Shown: positions 9,876 through 19,656, counted from the first letter of the whole stretch. The stretch: 63,942 nucleotides of DNA, filler included, from Caldilineae bacterium (GCA_037446815.1; 3 parts of 3 records of this genome joined end to end with filler, not necessarily neighbours in it), one strand, 5' to 3'. Numbers and translations are program-made. The notes: a model not told the origin generated them from the letters alone.

Positions 9876-11273
9876 ATGACCAACACAACCGACCGTCAGG
9901 ACAAACTAACGCCCCTTGAGGCATGGCAGGCAACGCTTGGAGAACTGCAACTGCAGTTAGCGAAGTCAACCTTTGACGCGTGGTTGAAGGATACCACGCT
10001 GGTAGCCGCTGAAGACGGCGTCTACACCATCGGCGCGAGGAATTCCTACGCCCGCGACTGGCTGGACAACCGCATGCGCAGCCTCATCAAGCGGACGTTG
10101 GCGCGCATCGCGGGCCGCCAGGTGGACGTGCGCTTCATCGTGGACGCCAAGCCGGTGGAATCGCCCGCTCCCAGAGACCTCATCGGGTACGATCCCGCAG
10201 AGGAAGCGCCGGCCCAGGGCAACAAGCCCAACGGGCAATCGTGCGCCCTGAACCCTCGCTACACGTTTGAAACCTTCGTGGTAAGCGGCGGCAACCGCGT
10301 GCCGTTTGAAATCTCCAGGGCGGTGAGCGAGCGCCCAGGCGCGGCTTATAACCCGCTCTTCCTGTACGGCGGCGTGGGCCTGGGCAAGACCCACCTCCTG
10401 CACGCCATCGGCCTTAGCGCCGCCCGCCGCGGGCTGAACGTCCTCTATGCCCCGTCCGAGCAGTTCACCAACGACCTGGTATGCGCCATCCGCGCCCACA
10501 CAACCGAGGACTTCCGCAACAAGTACCGCGGCGTGGATGTGCTCCTGCTGGACGATGTCCAGTTCATCGCCGGCAAGGACTCCTCGCAGGAGGAGTTCTT
10601 CCACACGTTCAACGCCCTGCACAGCGCCAACCGCCAAATCGTCGTGGCCTGCGACCGCCCCCCGCGGGATGTGGTCGGCCTGGACGAACGTCTGCGCTCG
10701 CGGTTTGAAGGGGGCCTCGTGGTGGAGATCGCCCCGCCCGATTTCGCCGCCCGCATGGCCATCCTCCAGGCCAAGTCCGCCGCCAGAGACTGGCGCGTGC
10801 CCCAGGCCGTGCTGGAACTCATCGCCCAGACCGTGGAGACGAACGTGCGCGAGTTGGAGGGGGCGCTCAACCGCGTCATCGCCCAGTGGGAGGCGCTCCG
10901 ACAGCCCCCGACCGTGGAGACCACGCAGGCCATCCTGCGGGATATGCTCCCCTCCAGGGGGCGGCCTTCGCCGGAGGCCATCGTGCAGGAGGTGGCCGAC
11001 TACTTCGGCATCGCGCCCGAAGACCTGCTCGGGCCGTCCCGCAAGCAGCAAATCGCCATGCCGCGACAGATCGCCATGTACCTCCTGTGCGCGGAGACCG
11101 ACCTGTCGCTGGAGCAAATCGGCCTGTTCATGGGCAACCGCAATCACACCACCATCCTGCACGGTAGGAACAAGGTTCGCGCCCTCATGGAGACCGACCC
11201 CACCACGCGCCTGCACGTGCAGGCCATCCGAGAGCGGATGCGCCAGCCCACCGCCGCCCGCCAAATGGCGTAG
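9876..11273 (+). CDS. dnaA: Chromosomal replication initiator DnaA (or paralog)
   Basis: LNPRYTFETFV, YNPLFLYGGVGLGKTHL, LLLDDVQF, QEEFFHTFN, RLRSRF, NVRELEGAL, PRQIAMYL, RNHTTILH. Confidence 0.93.
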   Translation: MTNTTDRQDKLTPLEAWQATLGELQLQLAKSTFDAWLKDTTLVAAEDGVYTIGARNSYARDWLDNRMRSLIKRTLARIAGRQVDVRFIVDAKPVESPAPRDLIGYDPAEEAPAQGNKPNGQSCALNPRYTFETFVVSGGNRVPFEISRAVSERPGAAYNPLFLYGGVGLGKTHLLHAIGLSAARRGLNVLYAPSEQFTNDLVCAIRAHTTEDFRNKYRGVDVLLLDDVQFIAGKDSSQEEFFHTFNALHSANRQIVVACDRPPRDVVGLDERLRSRFEGGLVVEIAPPDFAARMAILQAKSAARDWRVPQAVLELIAQTVETNVRELEGALNRVIAQWEALRQPPTVETTQAILRDMLPSRGRPSPEAIVQEVADYFGIAPEDLLGPSRKQQIAMPRQIAMYLLCAETDLSLEQIGLFMGNRNHTTILHGRNKVRALMETDPTTRLHVQAIRERMRQPTAARQMA

Positions 11274-11277
11274 CGGC

Positions 11278-12288
11278 TCACAGGATCAGCATAGCATCGC
11301 CGAAACTGTAGAAGCGATACCGCTCGCGGATGGCTTCCTGGTACGCGCGGTCTATCAGCGCCTTCCCCGCGAAGGCCGAGACCAGCAAGAGGAGCGTGGA
11401 GCGCGGCAGGTGGAAGTTGGTAATCATCACGTCCACGGCGCGGAAGGTGTACCCCGGGTAGATGTATAGCCCCGTGGGCCCGGCGAAGGGCGCGATGTCC
11501 CCCGACTGGGCTGCGGTCTCCAAGGCGCGCACCGCCGTCGTCCCCACGGCGATGACCCTGCGCCCCTCCGCTTTCGCCGCGCGCACCTGCTCGGCGACCT
11601 CGGCCTTGACCTCGCACCACTCGGTGTGAATGTGGTGCTCCTCAATGTGCTCCTCGCCGATGGGGCGGAAGGTGTCCATCCCGATATGCAGCGTAACGAA
11701 CGCCAGCCGGCACCCCATCGCCAGGATGCTGTCCAACAGCGACGGCGTGAAGTGCAGCCCCGCCGTGGGCGCGGCCACCGACCCGTGCACGCGCGCGTAC
11801 ACCGTCTGGTAACGTTCGGGGTCGCGCAGCGGCTCGTGGATGTACGGGGGCAGGGGAATCACGCCCAGCGCCTCCAGGTGCGGCTCCACCGGCTCCGCGA
11901 ACTCCAGGATGCGCCCGCCGGATTCGGCGATGGCGATGACCCGCGCCTCCAGCGCATCGCCGAAGGTCAGGACGGCCCCCTCGCGAATCCTGCGCCCGCG
12001 CACCAGCGCCTCCCAGGTCCGCGGGCCGCGCTTGGCGACGAGGAGCACCTCCACCTTGCCGCCGGTCTCGGCCTTGCGCCCGTAGATGCGGGCGGGGATG
12101 ACGCGGCTATCGTTGCAGATGAGCAGGTCGCCGGGCCGCAGGTACTCCACGATGTCGCGGAAGATGCGGTGCTCCAGCGCGCCCGTGTCGCGGTGCACGA
12201 CCAGCAGGCGCGAGGCGTCGCGCGGCTCAACGGGCCGCTGCGCGATGAGTTCTGGGGGGAGGTGGTAGTCAAAGGCGGAGGTTTTCAA
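11278..12288 (-). CDS. queA: S-adenosylmethionine:tRNA ribosyltransferase-isomerase
   Basis: FDYHLPPELIAQ, PLPPYI, YQTVYA, AAPTAGLHFT, TNFHLPRST, YRFYSFGDAM. Confidence 0.97.
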   Translation of the reverse strand: MKTSAFDYHLPPELIAQRPVEPRDASRLLVVHRDTGALEHRIFRDIVEYLRPGDLLICNDSRVIPARIYGRKAETGGKVEVLLVAKRGPRTWEALVRGRRIREGAVLTFGDALEARVIAIAESGGRILEFAEPVEPHLEALGVIPLPPYIHEPLRDPERYQTVYARVHGSVAAPTAGLHFTPSLLDSILAMGCRLAFVTLHIGMDTFRPIGEEHIEEHHIHTEWCEVKAEVAEQVRAAKAEGRRVIAVGTTAVRALETAAQSGDIAPFAGPTGLYIYPGYTFRAVDVMITNFHLPRSTLLLLVSAFAGKALIDRAYQEAIRERYRFYSFGDAMLIL

Positions 12289-13271
12289 CGGCCAACCAAC
12301 TCCCTCACCGCGTCCACGTTCGCCTCGGGCGTGCCCAGGTGTATCACGCAGCCCGGGCCCAGGATGAACCGCTCGCCGCCGGTCTGGGCGATGGCATCGC
12401 GCGCCTCGGCGACGGCCTCCTCGGGCACGCCGCTGCAGAAAGCGCCCCCCGGCGCGTGGTTCAGCCCGCCGATGAGCACCCCCGAGAAGTGCGCCCGCGC
12501 CTCCCGCAGGCTGGGGCCGCTGGGGCTGCGGTCGTGCCAGTTCACCGCCTGAACCGGATAGTCCCGCGCGACCTCAAATCGCAGGTTCGGCTTGCACAGA
12601 TGCAGGATGTTGAACCATGTCCGGTTCGCGACGCGGTTGAGCACGGGCAGGTCGTAGGCCAGCCCGAACTCCTGGAAGGCGTCCGGCGGAAGCGCGTCGC
12701 GGGTGGCCGCCTGCACCGCGAGGAAGATGCCATCCGCGCCCGCCTCCACGCATGCCTGCGCGAAGTCGCACACCGTCTCGGTGATGACCTTCAGCCCCGC
12801 GTGCAGGGCCGCGCCGGACGCAAGCGCGTGCCGATATACGGCGTCGCCTGCCAGGTTGCGGGCGACGGTCAGCGGCGCGAACACCGTGGCCACGATGGGA
12901 ATATCCTGCCCCAGTTCCTGCCGCAGCATCCGCAGCGCCTTGATCTGATTGCCCAGCGCGCCTTTGTGCGCGTCCAGCAGCCGCAGATTGGCCCAATCGG
13001 CGGGGCCTTTGACCACATGCTCGGCCACCGGCACATGCCCCTCGCTGCGGTCGTAGCCGCCGAAGCGGTTGCCCCAATCTATCGTGAACGCCCAGTTGTT
13101 GAACATCGCCTTGACGAAGTCCAAATCCCAACGGCGGACGAACCGCACGGTGGCCTGCGCCATCCCCTCAGGCGTGGCATCCTCCGGCGGCAGGTGCCGC
13201 CAGAGCGCGAAGGGAATGCGGTCAGTCTTGTCCCCCTGGATCACCCGCCTAATCCGCTCTGACTTGGTCAT
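12285..13271 (-). CDS. Uroporphyrinogen decarboxylase / MtaA-like family protein
   Basis: MTKSERI, TVFAPLT, AGADGIFLA, ILHLC, FILGPGC; has HxC...C rather than the HemE RQAGR motif. Confidence 0.8.
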   Translation of the reverse strand: MTKSERIRRVIQGDKTDRIPFALWRHLPPEDATPEGMAQATVRFVRRWDLDFVKAMFNNWAFTIDWGNRFGGYDRSEGHVPVAEHVVKGPADWANLRLLDAHKGALGNQIKALRMLRQELGQDIPIVATVFAPLTVARNLAGDAVYRHALASGAALHAGLKVITETVCDFAQACVEAGADGIFLAVQAATRDALPPDAFQEFGLAYDLPVLNRVANRTWFNILHLCKPNLRFEVARDYPVQAVNWHDRSPSGPSLREARAHFSGVLIGGLNHAPGGAFCSGVPEEAVAEARDAIAQTGGERFILGPGCVIHLGTPEANVDAVRELVGR

Positions 13272-14514
13272 CTTGTACCCCCTCCTTCGTACCGTCGGAC
13301 GCCGGACGGGCCGCCCGGCTCGGAAGCATGAGGAGCAGCGGCAGCGCGGCGAGCGTCGCACCCGCGCCCAGCGTAAACGCCGCGCGCAGCCCAATCCAGT
13401 CCCCGATGGCGCCGGCCAGGGCCACAGCCAGCGCGTAGATGATGAAGTTCATGGAGCCATACACGCCGTTTGCAAGCGCCCGATGTTCGGGGAAATTCTC
13501 CTGCACCAGCGCGGTGAGCACCGTCGGCACGCACAGCGACGTGAACCCGAGCAGGAGCAGCAGCCCCACCTGGGGCAGGCCGCGCGTGGACAGGAAGGCC
13601 AGCATGCACAGGGGCGCGGTTGCGAGCAGGAGCGCCAGCGTGCGCCTCCGCCCCAGCGAGTCGCTCACCGATCCGGCGGCCAGCGCCCCCGCCACGCCGG
13701 CCGCTTGCAGGATGGAGAGCGACGCGCCCGCGACCCAGAGGCTTGCGCCGCCGTCCCGCAGGAACACCGGCAGGAACGTGGTCAGCGCGGCCACCATCGG
13801 CGAGCGCAGAATGGTGATGCCGATGAGCGGCAACAGGAGCGGCTTCATGCCGGGCAAAACCTGCCGCCAACTCCCCACCTGCGCGCCCCGTGCGGGCGCC
13901 GTCTGGGCCGCCGACAGGCGCGACGCCATGAACAGCGCCGTGAGCGCGCCGATAATCATCAACCACGGCAGCCCCCTGACGCCCAGCACCTGCGTTGCGC
14001 TCACGAGGAGGATGGGGCCTATGGTGTAGCCCATCTCGCCGCCCACCATCCAGAACCCGATGCCGCGCCCCAACCGCCTGCCCGCCAGCCGGCCGGCCAG
14101 CGGCGGCGCAACCGAGTGGAAGGCCGCGGAACTGAACCCCGCCAGCGTAAGCATGAGCGCCAAGATGCCATACGCGGGGGCCACGCCCAGCAGGCTCATG
14201 AGAACGCCCGTTACCGCGGGGCCGAGGATGACCAGCGCGCGCAGGTTCACCCTGTCGGCCAGGTTACCGATGACCGGCTGGAGCACCGAGGGCCATTGGA
14301 GAAAGACCATGAGCAGCCCCGCCTCGGTCTTGGACAGGGCCAGGTTCGTGATGAACGTGGGCAGGAGCGGGGCCAGGAACGATGCGTACATGTCGTGGAC
14401 GGTGTGCCCCACCGCGATGGTGATGACGCGGCCTGCCTGGAAATCGTGCGTTTCCCCGCCCGCAGGCGAGGCCGACGGCACAGCGGCCTGTTTGACAACA
14501 CCGAAGGCTTTCAT
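13249..14514 (-). CDS. MFS transporter (Fsr-like)
   Basis: HTVHDMY, QPVIGNLADR, AAFHS, SDSLGRRR; about 12 hydrophobic segments. Confidence 0.85.
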   Translation of the reverse strand: MKAFGVVKQAAVPSASPAGGETHDFQAGRVITIAVGHTVHDMYASFLAPLLPTFITNLALSKTEAGLLMVFLQWPSVLQPVIGNLADRVNLRALVILGPAVTGVLMSLLGVAPAYGILALMLTLAGFSSAAFHSVAPPLAGRLAGRRLGRGIGFWMVGGEMGYTIGPILLVSATQVLGVRGLPWLMIIGALTALFMASRLSAAQTAPARGAQVGSWRQVLPGMKPLLLPLIGITILRSPMVAALTTFLPVFLRDGGASLWVAGASLSILQAAGVAGALAAGSVSDSLGRRRTLALLLATAPLCMLAFLSTRGLPQVGLLLLLGFTSLCVPTVLTALVQENFPEHRALANGVYGSMNFIIYALAVALAGAIGDWIGLRAAFTLGAGATLAALPLLLMLPSRAARPASDGTKEGVQDDQVRAD

Positions 14515-14569
14515 AGAGACCTCGTTGCGTTACCTCCTTGGAGACGTGGGATGCGGGAGTCTCGCCTCA

Positions 14570-15346
14570 TTAGGGCGCGTGCGGGCCGCTCCTGGCAGCG
14601 ATCCAGTCGTGCGTTGTGCGCCACACGGTTTCGCGCTCGCTGTCCACCGTGAGGCAGTGGCCGGAGTTGTGCAGCACGATTAGGGTCTTGTCGTCCGACC
14701 CAATCTCGTCGTGAACAATCTGCCCGCACTCGGGGCGGATGAGCGCATCGCGGCTGCTCTGGAAGATGAGCACCGGCGCCTTGATGGAGGGGAGCAGGCG
14801 ACGCGCCTCTTTCTGCAGCAGCGCTACCTGGTATGCCGACTCGCCCGGGATGATGTCGTAACTCCACAGCATCTTGTGGGCTTCGGGGTCGGTCAGGTCC
14901 GCGTCCTGGGGCTCTTCCTTGCGGTTCCAGGGCATGATGTGGCGAAACGGCCGCACGAATCTCATGCGCCAGTCGCGGGCGATGAGCGCCGGCGAGTACA
15001 AGATCGCCCCCGCGATGGTGGGATGCTGGGCGGCCAGGCGGAGCGTCAGCAGCGACCCGAGCGACAGCCCGCCGACGAACACCCGCTCGCACTCGCGCTG
15101 CAACGCCAGGAGCGCCTCCTCTGCCGAGGCGTACCAATCGCGCCACGTGGTCTTCTCCAGGTCGCGGTAATCGGTGCCGTGGCCTGCCAGAAGCGGGCCG
15201 GAGACGGTAAGGCCCTGCCGCGCCAGGTACTCGCCCAGGGGGCGCATCTCCGGCGGCGACCCGGTGAATCCGTGGATGAGCAGGCAGCCCACCGGGCCGC
15301 CCGCAAAGTGGAAAGGCTTGCGGTCAAGCCAGGGATGCTGGGTCAT
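14570..15346 (-). CDS. Alpha/beta hydrolase (carboxylesterase / monoacylglycerol lipase-like)
   Basis: LLIHGFTGSP, LAGHG, GGLSLG (GxSxG), SGH. Confidence 0.9.
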   Translation of the reverse strand: MTQHPWLDRKPFHFAGGPVGCLLIHGFTGSPPEMRPLGEYLARQGLTVSGPLLAGHGTDYRDLEKTTWRDWYASAEEALLALQRECERVFVGGLSLGSLLTLRLAAQHPTIAGAILYSPALIARDWRMRFVRPFRHIMPWNRKEEPQDADLTDPEAHKMLWSYDIIPGESAYQVALLQKEARRLLPSIKAPVLIFQSSRDALIRPECGQIVHDEIGSDDKTLIVLHNSGHCLTVDSERETVWRTTHDWIAARSGPHAP

Positions 15347-15356
15347 CGCTCACCTC

Positions 15357-16694
15357 CTATGCCGACTCATCGGGTTCAGACGCGGGCGGGGCCGCCCGGC
15401 GCACGATGAGTTTCACGCCTTCCACGCCGGAAACGATGACCCGCTCGCCCGCGCGGATGGGCGCATCCTCCGCCACCGCCGACCACGATTCGCTCCCCGC
15501 CAGCACAATCCCCGACGGATTCAAATCCACCTGCACGACGCCCTCCGCGCCCACCAGCGTCTGGACGCCTACGGGCACGCGAAGGCGCTGGGCGCGGACA
15601 CCGGCCGAAAGCGCAAACAGGAACAAGGCCGCCGTGCCCGCCGTTACGCCCGCGATGAGCCACGGGTTGACCCGCAACCGCGGGAGCGTGGGCGATGGCG
15701 GCGTCAGCGGGCTGAACAGGATGAGCGAGCCGAGGATGAGCGCGATGGCTCCGCCCACGCTGAGCGCGAACCCCGACACCTTGATGTCCAGCGCGAAGAA
15801 GACCAGCGCCATCACGATGAGGGCAATCCCGCCCCAGTTCAGCGGCAGGCTCTCGGAGATGACGAAGGCCAGCAGCAGGCAAATGGCGCCGGTAACCCCA
15901 GGCAGCACCGCACCCGGATGGTAGAGTTCAATGATGATGGCCAACATGCCGATAATCCACAGGACATACGCGATGTCGGGGTTGACGAGGGTGTGCAGAA
16001 GGGACTCAAACCGCGTCATCGGCATGTCCACAACGGCGGCGCCCCGCGTGGATAGGGTTACCTCGCCCGCCGTCGTCCGCACGGTTCGGCCGTCCAGCGC
16101 GGCGATGAGGCTTGCCAGATCATCGGCCAGCATGTCCACGACGTGCAGCCGCACGGCCTCCTGCGAGGTGATGGCCAGGCTCTTCATCACCGCATCCTCG
16201 GCCCACTGGGCGTTGCGCCCGTAGCGTTCGGCGAGGGAGCGGGCCAGCGCCGCCGCGTCCTGGGTAACCTTGTCCCCGAGCACGCCCGGGATGTCCTGTC
16301 CCGTGGATTCCACCGGATGGGCGGCCCCGATGTTGGTGGACGGGGCCATGGCCGCCACGTGCGCCGCCAGGGTGATGAACGTGCCCGCCGAGCCTGCCCG
16401 CGCGCCCGGCGGCGAGACGTACACGGCCACCGGAACGGGTGAGCCAAGAATCGCCTGCACCATGTCGCGCATGGATTGCAGCGAGCCGCCCGGCGTGTCC
16501 AGCACGATCACGTAGAGCGCGGCATCCGTGTGCTCCAGCGCGCGCCGGACGTAGCGGGTTGCCACAGGGTCAATGATGCCCTTGACGTGCAACACCCGCA
16601 CCGTCGGCTGCGGCGCCTGGGCGCGCGCAGGCATACGGGCCAGCGCCGCCAGCAGAACGAACCCCAGAAGCGCCCACACCATGTATCGTCTCAT
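15357..16694 (-). CDS. Long-form NfeD membrane serine protease
   Basis: LDTPGG, ARAGSAG, AMAPSTNIGAAHP, TM bundle, C-terminal OB domain (ESWSA, VEGVKLIV). Confidence 0.9.
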   Translation of the reverse strand: MRRYMVWALLGFVLLAALARMPARAQAPQPTVRVLHVKGIIDPVATRYVRRALEHTDAALYVIVLDTPGGSLQSMRDMVQAILGSPVPVAVYVSPPGARAGSAGTFITLAAHVAAMAPSTNIGAAHPVESTGQDIPGVLGDKVTQDAAALARSLAERYGRNAQWAEDAVMKSLAITSQEAVRLHVVDMLADDLASLIAALDGRTVRTTAGEVTLSTRGAAVVDMPMTRFESLLHTLVNPDIAYVLWIIGMLAIIIELYHPGAVLPGVTGAICLLLAFVISESLPLNWGGIALIVMALVFFALDIKVSGFALSVGGAIALILGSLILFSPLTPPSPTLPRLRVNPWLIAGVTAGTAALFLFALSAGVRAQRLRVPVGVQTLVGAEGVVQVDLNPSGIVLAGSESWSAVAEDAPIRAGERVIVSGVEGVKLIVRRAAPPASEPDESA

Positions 16695-16794
16695 CGCTCT
16701 CCACCTTGGCCGAAAGGGGCCCATCTGGTGTGAGTATAGCAGGGGGATAGCGGCGGCGCAAGAACGGTGGGCGCGCCGATGTCGGCTCTGGATT

Positions 16795-16898
16795 GTCATC
16801 CTGAGGCGCGGAGCGGCGAAGAAATCCCGCTCCTCCCCGCGCAATCCGTGTTATCCGCGAGGAGACAACGTGCGACGCACCTCCGAGGTGCATCGCAT
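16795..16898. repeat. Mosaic of palindromic intergenic repeats
   Basis: GTCATCCTGAGGCG...GAAGAAATC, CAATCCGTGTTATCCGCG and GTGCGACGCACCTCCGAGGTGCATCGCA units. Confidence 0.7.
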
Positions 16899-16915
16899 GT
16901 TCATGTGCCCCCGCG

Positions 16916-16975
16916 CTACAGGCACAACTCCGGCTGCTGCACCTGGACGACGGGCAGCCGCCGCCGCACCGTCGC
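16916..16975 (-). pseudogene. 3'-end remnant of a C-N hydrolase gene copy
   Basis: Translates ATVRRRLPVVQVQQPELCL*, versus AKARRRLPVAQGLRPELYL* at the end of the gene at 21726-22511. Confidence 0.6.
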
Positions 16976-17734
16976 CTAGTACACCACCCGCTTCCCCAGC
17001 AGTTGCCCGATGACGATTTCCACGAGGCCGATGACCACCGCGAAGAAGAAATCCACGGCGGCAGTAACGGCGAAGGCGTAGATGAGGGGATTCAGCGCCC
17101 GCGCGACTGCCGCCTGCACCGACTCCAGCGGCGGCTTCCAGCCCACGAGGTACAGCACGACGGCTACGACGGCCCCGTAGAGCAGCAGCGGCTTCCAGGC
17201 TTCCCTGTCGGACTCGCTGGGGAACATGGCGTTGCTGATTGCGAAGATGAGGTACATCCACAGCCAGAAGTCGGCGGCGCGCATGGACTGGGACAGGGCG
17301 CTCCACACCTGGCCCCACTCGCCCGACGCCATCGCCTGCCGCAGTGCCTCGGTGCCCAGGGCGTAGCGCCCGATGGCGATGATGAGCAGGCTCGCCAACA
17401 CCAGCGGCGCCAGCCCGATGAGCGACCCGCGCACGATGTCCGTCTGGGCGATGCGCACCGCGCCGTATTGCACCTTGCCTTTCGTCTTGCGCTTGGGCCA
17501 CACGGAGAAGTCCAGCGTGCGAACGCCCAACAGTTTTGCCGTGAGCCAGTGGGCCAACTCGTGGACCAGGATGCCCGGGAACAGCAGGATGAACTGCAGG
17601 TACATGATCACTTCCTCGTCGGCGCCGAGGAGGAACATCAGCCCCTGCAGGTGGTGCGTGATCCACCGCGTCAGCAGGAGCACCATCAGGAAGCCCACAA
17701 GGAAGGTCGCGACGGGCGTCCAGGGGCCGAGCAT
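16976..17734 (-). CDS. Membrane protein, M50-like metalloprotease
   Basis: PGILVHELAH (HExxH), IGLAP, SNAMFPSESD; multi-TM. Confidence 0.65.
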   Translation of the reverse strand: MLGPWTPVATFLVGFLMVLLLTRWITHHLQGLMFLLGADEEVIMYLQFILLFPGILVHELAHWLTAKLLGVRTLDFSVWPKRKTKGKVQYGAVRIAQTDIVRGSLIGLAPLVLASLLIIAIGRYALGTEALRQAMASGEWGQVWSALSQSMRAADFWLWMYLIFAISNAMFPSESDREAWKPLLLYGAVVAVVLYLVGWKPPLESVQAAVARALNPLIYAFAVTAAVDFFFAVVIGLVEIVIGQLLGKRVVY

Positions 17735-17746
17735 GGGCCGCCTTCG

Positions 17747-18523
17747 CTAGGGGAGCAGGCCCTTCGCCTGGGCCGAGAGGCGGACGATGGCCACGAAGTC
17801 CTGGGCCTTCAGGCTAGCGCCGCCGACCAGCGCGCCGTCTATGTCGGGCTGGCTCATGAACTCCACGATGTTGTCCGGCTTCACGCTCCCGCCGTACTGC
17901 ACCCGAACGCCGGAGGCTGCCTCGTCGCCGAACAGATGCCCGACGGTCTGCCTCACCGCGTCGCGAATCGTCGCGTTGGCGCCCTCGCCGGTGGCGGGCT
18001 TGCCCGTCCCGATGGCCCAGACCGGCTCGTAGGCGATGACGATGCCCGCCACCTGGTCGGCGGTCAGGCCGTCCAGCGCGCCGCGCACCTGGGCCTCCAC
18101 GACCTCCTGCGTCTGGCCCGCCTCGTTCTGGGCCAGGTTCTCGCCCACGCAGACGATGGGAATCAGCCCGTGGGCCAGCGCCGCCTTCACCTTGCGATTG
18201 ACGGTCTCGTCGGTTTCGCCGAAGTACTGCCGCCGCTCCGAGTGGCCCAGGATGACGTATCGGCAATACGGCTTGAGCATGAGGGGCGACACTTCGCCGG
18301 TGTACGCGCCCTCGTCTTTCCAGAACATGTCCTGCGCGCCCACGCCGATTGCGGAACCGCGCAGCGCCTCGGCCACGTTGGGCAGTGACAGGAACGGCGG
18401 GCAGACCACAATCTCAACCCCGCCGATGGCCTCAAGCCCGGGGCGCATGGCGTTGACCAGCGCGACCGACTCATCTACCGTCTTGTACATCTTCCAGTTG
18501 CCCGCGACAATCGGTGTTCGCAT
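17747..18523 (-). CDS. tpiA: Triosephosphate isomerase
   Basis: AGNWKM, GAYTGEVS, GHSERR, AYEPVWAIGTG, YGGSVK, GALVGGASL. Confidence 0.98.
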   Translation of the reverse strand: MRTPIVAGNWKMYKTVDESVALVNAMRPGLEAIGGVEIVVCPPFLSLPNVAEALRGSAIGVGAQDMFWKDEGAYTGEVSPLMLKPYCRYVILGHSERRQYFGETDETVNRKVKAALAHGLIPIVCVGENLAQNEAGQTQEVVEAQVRGALDGLTADQVAGIVIAYEPVWAIGTGKPATGEGANATIRDAVRQTVGHLFGDEAASGVRVQYGGSVKPDNIVEFMSQPDIDGALVGGASLKAQDFVAIVRLSAQAKGLLP

Positions 18524-18607
18524 GAGGTTACTCCTATCCGTGTGCTTGGCTTTCGGCCTATTATACGTAGCGGCGCGACGGCGTCCAACTTGAAGCGACG
18601 GTTGTTG

Positions 18608-18820
18608 CACCGCCGAGACACAGAGGGCGCAGAGAGCCTTTGATTTTATTCGTTCCTCTGCGTCCTCTCTGCCTCCGCGGTGCACAGGTTTCACCGCAGG
18701 GGAGCGGAGACCATCAGCGCGCGCAGAGAGACTTTGATTCTATTTGTTCCTCTGCGTCCTCTCTGCCTCTGCGGTGCACAGATTCTTACCGCAGGGGCCC
18801 GGAGGCCATCAGCGCGCGCA
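18608..18820. repeat. CGCAGAG/CTCTGCG-type repeat in a ~95-bp tandem duplication overlapping the nfo 3' end
   Basis: 18628-18727 and 18722-18820 are imperfect direct copies. Confidence 0.7.
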
Positions 18821-19649
18821 GCACGCGAAGGTTCTCCACATCCTCCGCCATGTCGGGGCCTTTCGGCGTCTCCAGAATCATGGGCCGGTCGGCGAAACGC
18901 GGGTCGTTGAGCAGGAGCCGAAACGCCTCCAGTCCCAGAAAGCCCTTGCCGATGTGGTCGTGGCGGTCCACACGGCTGCCGAGTTCCCGTCGGGAATCGT
19001 TCAGGTGGAACACGCGGAGCCGCTGCAACCCCAGCACGCGGTCAAAGGCGTCAAACGTAGCGGCGTAGGTCTCCGGCGTTCGGAGGTCGTACCCCGCGGC
19101 GAAGGCGTGGCTGGTGTCAAAGCAGACGCCCACGCGCTCCGGGTGCCGCGTCTGGGCGATGATCTCGGCCAGTTGCTCAAAGGAGCCGCCGAGGGTGCTG
19201 CCCGCGCCTGCGGTAATCTCCAGGAGAATCATCGTCGGGACGTGCGGCGTCCGCGCGTGGATTTCGTCTATGGCCTGAGCGACGCGGCGGATGCCCGCTT
19301 CTTCGCCCGCGCCCGTATGCGCCCCAGGATGGGTAACGAGGTAGGGGAGTTCCATGCGGCCCGCGCGCTCCATCTCTTCCACGAAGGCGTCCACGGACTT
19401 GCGCCACAGGGCAGTGTCGGGCGAGGCCAGGTTGATGAGGTAGGCGTCGTGCCCGACGATGGGGCCGATGCCCGTCGCCTGTTGGTTGGCGTGAAACCGT
19501 TCCAGCGTCTCATCGGTGAGCGGCGCGGCCCGCCACTGGTTGTTGCTCTTGGTGAAGATCTGGATGGCCTCGCAGCCGATGGATTGGCCGCGCAGGATGG
19601 CGCGATCCACCCCGCCGGCGATGGACATGTGCGCGCCGAGCCTGGGCAT
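18786..19649 (-). CDS. nfo: Endonuclease IV
   Basis: LGAHMSIAGG, HDAYLINLAS, THPG, LLEITAG, CFDTSHAFAAGYD, HLNDS, DRHDHIGKG, ILETP. Confidence 0.96.
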   Translation of the reverse strand: MPRLGAHMSIAGGVDRAILRGQSIGCEAIQIFTKSNNQWRAAPLTDETLERFHANQQATGIGPIVGHDAYLINLASPDTALWRKSVDAFVEEMERAGRMELPYLVTHPGAHTGAGEEAGIRRVAQAIDEIHARTPHVPTMILLEITAGAGSTLGGSFEQLAEIIAQTRHPERVGVCFDTSHAFAAGYDLRTPETYAATFDAFDRVLGLQRLRVFHLNDSRRELGSRVDRHDHIGKGFLGLEAFRLLLNDPRFADRPMILETPKGPDMAEDVENLRVLRALMASGPLR

Positions 19650-19656
19650 ACGACCT

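Noticed and set aside
9549..9886. Small ORFs in the dnaA upstream region
   Set aside because: No well-spaced RBS, atypical composition, no recognisable domain
12285..13271. hemE assignment
   Set aside because: No RQAGR motif; only the broader UroD/MtaA family is supported
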